A DNA stretch of 64,000 nucleotides, from contig OY969811.1 of assembly GCA_963703315.1 (NCBI GenBank), forward strand, positions 1,824,001 to 1,888,000. Direction: 5' to 3'. The notes below the pieces were generated by a model. That model saw nothing but the letters and a program-made list of their open reading frames with translations, was not told the origin of the DNA and made no database searches. Shown in pieces: positions 58,884-64,000 of this stretch (position 1 is the first letter of the stretch; each line of letters opens with the position of its first letter). The translations under genes and the position numbers were made by a program. This stretch comes from an uncultured cyanobacterium (lineage in GTDB: Bacteria > Cyanobacteriota > Cyanobacteriia > Pseudanabaenales > Pseudanabaenaceae).

Positions 58884-59441
58884 TTATTGTTTGACCAATT
58901 TCACAGGCTGACCATCAGCTTGCAATTCTTTGCCATCGGCGGACAATGTATAGGGTTGTTCGGGGGGAGCTTGAGGTGGTTTTTCACCGTTAACAGATTC
59001 AACTTGAGAGACCACCTTGCCATCTTTGATTGTAATCTTGCCAGTAGTCTTAATTTCTTGGACTTCATCCTTGGTGGAAACAGCTTTGAGCGTAGCTTCA
59101 AATGTACCTTCAGGTTTAATTGTCCATTTACCTGTCACAGATTTAACGCCTTCTTTCTCAGCGTCAGCTAAAACTTTAGGATCTAAAACAACTTTATATT
59201 CGCCTGCAACTTTATCAAGGCTAGCGGTACTACTGCCCTTAGTTGTAGCGGTTTCAGTAGGCTTGGCAGAAGGGGATGCAGATGTGGAAGGAGATGCAGA
59301 TGCGGTGGGTGCTGCGGTTGTTTTTGTAGCAGTCTCTGTTGGTGAAGGTGTTTGTTGACAAGCGGACACAACGGCAACGCAACTAACAGCGATCGCTGCT
59401 AGTAGACTTTGCTTTAAGGAATAGTTGAGAGATTTTTTCAC
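58884..59441 (-). CDS. Lipoprotein
   Basis: Lipobox VSAC, T/S/P-rich linker, beta-rich C-terminal domain. Confidence 0.8.
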   Translation of the reverse strand: MKKSLNYSLKQSLLAAIAVSCVAVVSACQQTPSPTETATKTTAAPTASASPSTSASPSAKPTETATTKGSSTASLDKVAGEYKVVLDPKVLADAEKEGVKSVTGKWTIKPEGTFEATLKAVSTKDEVQEIKTTGKITIKDGKVVSQVESVNGEKPPQAPPEQPYTLSADGKELQADGQPVKLVKQ

Positions 59442-59585
59442 GATTAATTTAGGGAGATAAGTGACAATAAGGAACAGATCAGAGGTTAAGCCTTGAGCGA
59501 CCTGAATATATGCAAGATACTCTCAAGATACTCTAGGTAATTATTCTTAATAAACCTCTTGCATCATAACCTATAGGTATTGTTA

Positions 59586-59640
59586 TAAAAACCAAACAGA
59601 GAGTTGCGGCGCGATGCGCCGCAACTCTCTGTTTGGTTTT
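59586..59640. repeat. Palindromic REP/MITE core
   Basis: aaaaccaaacagagagttgcggcgc-gat-gcgccgcaactctctgtttggtttt. Confidence 0.75.
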
Positions 59641-59724
59641 CATTCTACTTTCTCTATGCTAGAGGCTGCTAGCCGCTATATACTGTTCTTCTAGATAAAT
59701 AATTTTTGAATCTTATTTCAACCG

Positions 59725-60282
59725 ATGGTAACTATAAAATCTCAATCCAATGTTCTGCGATATGACATTGTCGGGTCACGGCGCTTTAGTAACTACGGCT
59801 TTGCGGTGATTGTTGCCATAGGTGCGTTGGGCTTTTTGCTAGCAGGTATCTCCAGCTTTTTGAAAGTTAACCTGCTGCCCTTTTCCGAACCCTTGCAACT
59901 AGATTTTGTGCCTCAAGGTTTAGCACTTTCCTTTTATGGAGTTGCTGGCACTCTGCTAGAACTGTATCTGCTTTATGTCATTGCGACCGATTATGGCAGT
60001 GGCTACAACGAGTTCGATCTCAATAATGGCAAAGTCACAATTTTTCGGCGTGGTCGTAGCCAAGATAAAAATATTGAATTTACTTACAAGATTGCTGATG
60101 TCCAAGCAGTGCGGGTAGAAATTCGTAATGGTCTAAGTCCCAAGCGATCGCTCTATTTGCGTGTTAAGGGTAGAGGCGATCTACCCCTATCTGAAGTTGG
60201 TCAACCAATCTCCTTAACTGCCCTCGAAGATCGGGCTGCGGAAATTGCGAAATTTTTAGCAGTACCATTAGAAGGATTATAA
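59725..60282 (+). CDS. ycf4: Photosystem I assembly protein Ycf4
   Basis: GSRRFSNY, FVPQGL, GSGYNEF, AAEIAKFLAVPLEG. Confidence 0.96.
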   Translation: MVTIKSQSNVLRYDIVGSRRFSNYGFAVIVAIGALGFLLAGISSFLKVNLLPFSEPLQLDFVPQGLALSFYGVAGTLLELYLLYVIATDYGSGYNEFDLNNGKVTIFRRGRSQDKNIEFTYKIADVQAVRVEIRNGLSPKRSLYLRVKGRGDLPLSEVGQPISLTALEDRAAEIAKFLAVPLEGL

Positions 60283-60332
60283 GTATTCAAAGACAAAAAA
60301 GCCCTGAAGGGCTTTTTTGTCTTTGAATACTT
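60282..60332. terminator. Long perfect hairpin after ycf4
   Basis: aagtattcaaagacaaaaaagccc-tgaa-gggcttttttgtctttgaatactt. Confidence 0.65.
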
Positions 60333-60364
60333 ACTATTAGTATCGAAATTATTAAGGGTTAAAA

Positions 60365-61138
60365 ATGTTGCGTTGGATTTTTAGTTGTTTTTTGGCAGTT
60401 ACTATGCTGCTCACCAGTTGTAGCAATAGCAGTAATGTTTCTGCAAGTGCATCACCGACTGCATCTGGCTCTCCGACTAGCTCGGCATCACCCACAGCTA
60501 GCAGTAAGTCACCGAAGCCGAGTGCTGAAACTACTAAACCCGCTAGCCCCCAAGATCCTCTACAAGCGGCTCTAGCTAAGTTTGTGCAACTTAAAGGTAC
60601 TGCTACAGTTGAGTTAAAACTAAAATCGGGAACGGTGAAGATTGAGCTTGATGGCAATAATGCACCGCTTACCGCAGGTAATTTTGCCGACTTGGTCAAA
60701 CGTGGTGTTTACAACGGCTTAACTTTTCATCGTGTGGTAAAGGAGCCAACTCCCTTTGTCGCTCAAGGTGGCGATCCACTCGGTAATGGCACTGGTAACT
60801 TTGTCGATCCCGTAACATCACAACCCCGTTATATCCCTCTCGAAATTCTGCCCGAGGGCGAAAAGAAGCCTGTCTATGGCGAAATTTTACCGCCCACTCA
60901 AAAGCCAAAACTGCGTCACAATAAAGGTGCGATCGCGATGGCGCGATCGCAGTCTCCTAACTCCGCATCAAGCCAGTTTTATTTTGCTCTTGATGACATT
61001 TACTTTCTCGATGGTTCCTATGCTGTTTTTGGCTATGTGACTGAAGGGATGGAATTAGTTGAAAAAATTCAACCTAGCGATCGCATTGAGTCCATGACCA
61101 TCATCAAAGGTGAAGAAAATCTCAAGCAACCTAAATAA
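60365..61138 (+). CDS. Cyclophilin-type peptidyl-prolyl isomerase (lipoprotein)
   Basis: Lipobox LTSC; APLTAGNF, FHRVV, QGGDP, AMARS, SQFY, YAVFG. Confidence 0.95.
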   Translation: MLRWIFSCFLAVTMLLTSCSNSSNVSASASPTASGSPTSSASPTASSKSPKPSAETTKPASPQDPLQAALAKFVQLKGTATVELKLKSGTVKIELDGNNAPLTAGNFADLVKRGVYNGLTFHRVVKEPTPFVAQGGDPLGNGTGNFVDPVTSQPRYIPLEILPEGEKKPVYGEILPPTQKPKLRHNKGAIAMARSQSPNSASSQFYFALDDIYFLDGSYAVFGYVTEGMELVEKIQPSDRIESMTIIKGEENLKQPK

Positions 61139-61185
61139 ATCCAAAAAAGAATTGCGGCGCGAAGCGCCGCAATTCTTTTTTGGAT

Positions 61186-61572
61186 TTATCTGACGCGAAT
61201 AATCCTTTTTTCGACAATGTAGCGATCGCCTCTATAAACATTAAAAGGATCATAAACAGTTGATCGAATTGTGGAATAGGGATTTTGGCGAGGTGCTACC
61301 ACCCGATTCCAAGAATTACCATAGGAAGATGATGGATATACCTCACGTACGACAACTGAGGAATTGACATTACGGTTATAGCCGTAATTATTAGGATAGT
61401 TGGGATAAGCGTGACGATAGGGGTTAGAGCGATAGGAGTCGCGATAGGAATCATAATTTCTATAGGTTGGAGTCGAGCCAAATCGGATATTGATCGATAC
61501 ATCAGCCAGTGCCGATCCTACAAATGTACTCATTGCCCCAAGCGCGGCGATCGCTGCAATTATTGTTTTCAT
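61186..61572 (-). CDS. Secreted Tyr/Arg/Asn-rich hypothetical protein
   Basis: Signal peptide ending ALA; AAGGAG upstream. Confidence 0.75.
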   Translation of the reverse strand: MKTIIAAIAALGAMSTFVGSALADVSINIRFGSTPTYRNYDSYRDSYRSNPYRHAYPNYPNNYGYNRNVNSSVVVREVYPSSSYGNSWNRVVAPRQNPYSTIRSTVYDPFNVYRGDRYIVEKRIIRVR

Positions 61573-61640
61573 AATAGGAATGCTCCTTGAGATTGATATT
61601 CACAACATGAAGCCGCCCACCTTTACTTTAACCTATCTCT

Positions 61641-61735
61641 TATAGCAAAGAAAGTTTTGCTTAGGACACAAAACTAGAAGGCGAGTGGCGGCGCTCCGCG
61701 CCGCCACTCGCTTCTTGGGTTTTAGTTGGTACTAC
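61641..61735. repeat. TATAGC-family MITE (right end degenerate)
   Basis: tatagcaaagaaagttttgcttaggac as at 20548; hairpin gcgagtggcggcgc-tcc-gcgccgccactcgc. Confidence 0.7.
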
Positions 61736-61772
61736 CAATAAAAAACCAAAACAGAGTATGCAGTAAAGCTAT

Positions 61773-62258
61773 TTATTGAGTGAACTTTTGTCTCAGGGCG
61801 ATCGCTACTTCGGGCGTAACCAGATGTCCAATTTCGCCACCAAAACGAGCGATTTCCCGCACCACGCTACTGCTTAAAAAACTATATTCATTGGAAGTAG
61901 ATAGAAAAACTGTCTCGATATCATTCGCTAAAGTTTTATTGGTATGTGCCATTTGCAATTCCAACTCAAAGTCAGAAACTGCCCGTAAACCTCTGATTAA
62001 AACCTGTGCTTGCTTGAGATGAGCATAGGTAACGGTTAGCCCTGTGAAAGTGTCCACATCGACATTATCTAGATGCTGTGTTGCTTCTCGAATCTGAAGC
62101 ATCCGTTCCTCCATCGTAAATAGAGGCGTTTTGTTCGGATTGCGTAAAACCGCGACAATTACCCGATCAAATAGATGACTACCGCGCTTAATAATATCGA
62201 GATGACCAAAGGTAATGGGATCGAAACTACCTGGATAAATGGCAATCAATGCAGTCAC
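61773..62258 (-). CDS. coaD: Phosphopantetheine adenylyltransferase
   Basis: [33 protein letters not shown]; start GTG 62258 or TTG 62249. Confidence 0.96.
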   Translation of the reverse strand: MTALIAIYPGSFDPITFGHLDIIKRGSHLFDRVIVAVLRNPNKTPLFTMEERMLQIREATQHLDNVDVDTFTGLTVTYAHLKQAQVLIRGLRAVSDFELELQMAHTNKTLANDIETVFLSTSNEYSFLSSSVVREIARFGGEIGHLVTPEVAIALRQKFTQ

Positions 62259-62409
62259 CGACTCGCTACAACAGAGAGCGATTATAACAGTGACAGCTTT
62301 AAACATAAACCACGCGGAGCGTGGTTTATACCAATGCGAGAAAAATCAAAAACCAAATAAATGGAGGCGGCGCTTTGCGCCGCCTCCATTTATTTGAGTT
62401 TAAAGACTA

Positions 62410-63542
62410 TAGGACTTACGCATTGACAAAATAGTAAAGATATGATGATTGTAAAGCAAGCGTTTATCTGATGGTGTTGGAGTGAGAGAACAGTCAAAAC
62501 CCTCAACAGCTAAGTGTAATTGCAACCTCTACACTTTATATTTGCTGGCTGAACCAAAGTATGTGAGTTGTCTGCGCCTAGCGGAGATCATGTCAGAGTT
62601 GAGTCACGACAGTGTGAACCGTTTTTTATTGCGGGAAAATTACACACCCCAAGACTTGTTTGACGAGGTGAAAGGGGAACTTATTTTTGAAGGAGGAACA
62701 GCGAGTATTGATGATAGTGTCGTGGATAAGCCTTACCGTGACCTCAAAAGAACAGAGTTATTGGGATACTTTTGGTCAGGGAAACACAAACGAACCGTTA
62801 AGGGTCTCAACCTGATTACCTTGTATTACACCGATATAGCAGGAAACGCATATCCAGTGAACTTTCGGATTTATGATAAACAGGAGGGCAAGACTAAAAA
62901 CGACTATTTTTTAGAGATGATGAGACAAATCCGAGACTGGGGTCTGAAGCCGAATTGGGTGACGGGTGATAGTTGGTATGCAAGTCTTGAGAATCTGAAA
63001 TTCCTCAGAAACGAGGGGGTAGGTTTTCTAGTTGGAGTTGCCAACAATCGTAAAGTTTCTCAAGAACAAGGCAAAGAAGTTCAGATACAAACCTTGGAGA
63101 TTACTGATAGTGGGTTAGTGGTCTATCTCAAAGAATTCGGCTGGGTCAAGGTGTTTCGTCAGGACTTCAAAAACGAAGCTCGATATTACATCCTTCACCT
63201 CCAAGATTTAGAAGCACTCAAACAACTCACTCGCATAGAGTTCAAACAAGTCCATGACAGACATTGGCAAATTGAATGTTTCCACAGGGTTATCAAGCAA
63301 GTTTGTAATATTGAGCGCTTTCAGGTCAGGGATACACAAGCGATTCGTAATCATTTCTTTTGCTCCCTCCGTGCTTTTGCCAAGTTACAAAAGATGCGAA
63401 TTGATGGCTTAATCGATAATTTGTATCAGGTATCGAGGGATTTATTTATACCTGTCATTCGTCAATTTATCTTGGAAAATCTCACACAATCTGTCTCAGT
63501 TTGACTTCATATCTCGCTATTTCTGTCAATGCGTAAGTCCTA
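62410..63542 (+). mobile_element. IS701-like insertion sequence (1133 bp)
   Basis: Perfect 19-bp TIR TAGGACTTACGCATTGACA / TGTCAATGCGTAAGTCCTA; 5-bp target duplication GACTA (62405-62409, 63543-63547). Confidence 0.92.
62482..63504 (+). CDS. DDE transposase, IS701-like
   Basis: SHDSVNRFL, IDDSVVDKPY, GDSWYA, WQIECFHRVIKQ. Confidence 0.92.
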   Translation: MREQSKPSTAKCNCNLYTLYLLAEPKYVSCLRLAEIMSELSHDSVNRFLLRENYTPQDLFDEVKGELIFEGGTASIDDSVVDKPYRDLKRTELLGYFWSGKHKRTVKGLNLITLYYTDIAGNAYPVNFRIYDKQEGKTKNDYFLEMMRQIRDWGLKPNWVTGDSWYASLENLKFLRNEGVGFLVGVANNRKVSQEQGKEVQIQTLEITDSGLVVYLKEFGWVKVFRQDFKNEARYYILHLQDLEALKQLTRIEFKQVHDRHWQIECFHRVIKQVCNIERFQVRDTQAIRNHFFCSLRAFAKLQKMRIDGLIDNLYQVSRDLFIPVIRQFILENLTQSVSV

Positions 63543-64000
63543 GACTACTAGAACCTAGATATTTACCGATCGCTGGTGAATAAATTTCATAGATCATCGT
63601 GATTGGTTCGCCCCCATGCCATAGCAAATAATGTCTGCCCCAATAGGTATCGATCTCTGGATAACCAAAGGCATCAGCGAGGTTAGGACTCCGTCCTTTA
63701 TAAATACCCTTAAGATCCCGATAAAGCTCGGTATATTTTTGATTAAGGCTGACCCAAATGGGCAAAGATGGATCTTTAAGATATTTTTGCATCGTTGCCT
63801 CTGACCACCAAGATGTCGCATGGGAGAAGATTTCACCCGTTTGCTGCGATCGCAAAAAGATTTGACGGCGAATCCGAGGCGCAGCGATCGCTGAAATATC
63901 CGATGGAGCGTTGTCATCATCATCGCCAATGGGAGTCATCGCCACCACATCCACTGATATTTCTGATTGTGTTAATAGCTGCAAATGGCGGGTTGGTGCG
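63526..64000 (-). CDS. ubiC: Chorismate pyruvate-lyase (cyanobacterial UbiC/Ycf21, DUF98), 5' end outside the window
   Basis: PTRHLQLLT, RRQIFLR, ATSWW, ELYRD, WGRHYLLWH..P.T.IYE.YSP. Confidence 0.88.
   Translation of the reverse strand, partial: APTRHLQLLTQSEISVDVVAMTPIGDDDDNAPSDISAIAAPRIRRQIFLRSQQTGEIFSHATSWWSEATMQKYLKDPSLPIWVSLNQKYTELYRDLKGIYKGRSPNLADAFGYPEIDTYWGRHYLLWHGGEPITMIYEIYSPAIGKYLGSSSLGLTH

Noticed and set aside
4209..64000. ubiA and ubiC as a plastoquinone gene cluster
   Set aside because: They are about 58 kb apart with unrelated genes between

Overview
This is a 64-kb chromosomal window from a cyanobacterium. The evidence is a very high density of the HIP1 octamer GCGATCGC plus cp12, ycf4, pam68, ndhP and rbcR/ycf30; the palindromic intergenic elements suggest a Pseudanabaena-like lineage, which is inference. 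Most of it is housekeeping (ubiA/plqA, hisC, rpsO, acs, coaD, ubiC, perR-prx, a U32/RlhA protein, ClC), plus tRNA-Ala(CGC) and a probable 6S RNA. The accessory blocks are: (i) a cluster of roadblock/longin-like protein, 2Fe-2S ferredoxin, two V4R proteins and a Cys-less phycobiliprotein-like protein, head-to-head with rbcR; (ii) an atypical pyruvate kinase cleanly split by a 218-bp MITE; (iii) an orphan DUF4157 (eCIS-associated) effector-like gene followed by a membrane protein and a YbjN/chaperone-fold protein, next to a Ser/Thr kinase with three copies of an unnamed helical domain; (iv) a stand-alone AbiJ-NTD3-like nuclease; (v) a co-oriented array of toxin-antitoxin pairs separated by duplicated spacers and HIP1 junctions, including one pair with no family I recognise; (vi) an IS701-like element that rewrote the ubiC stop codon; and (vii) several families of palindromic MITE/REP-like elements, one nested in another. 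All family assignments come from motif recognition by eye; no database searches were run.
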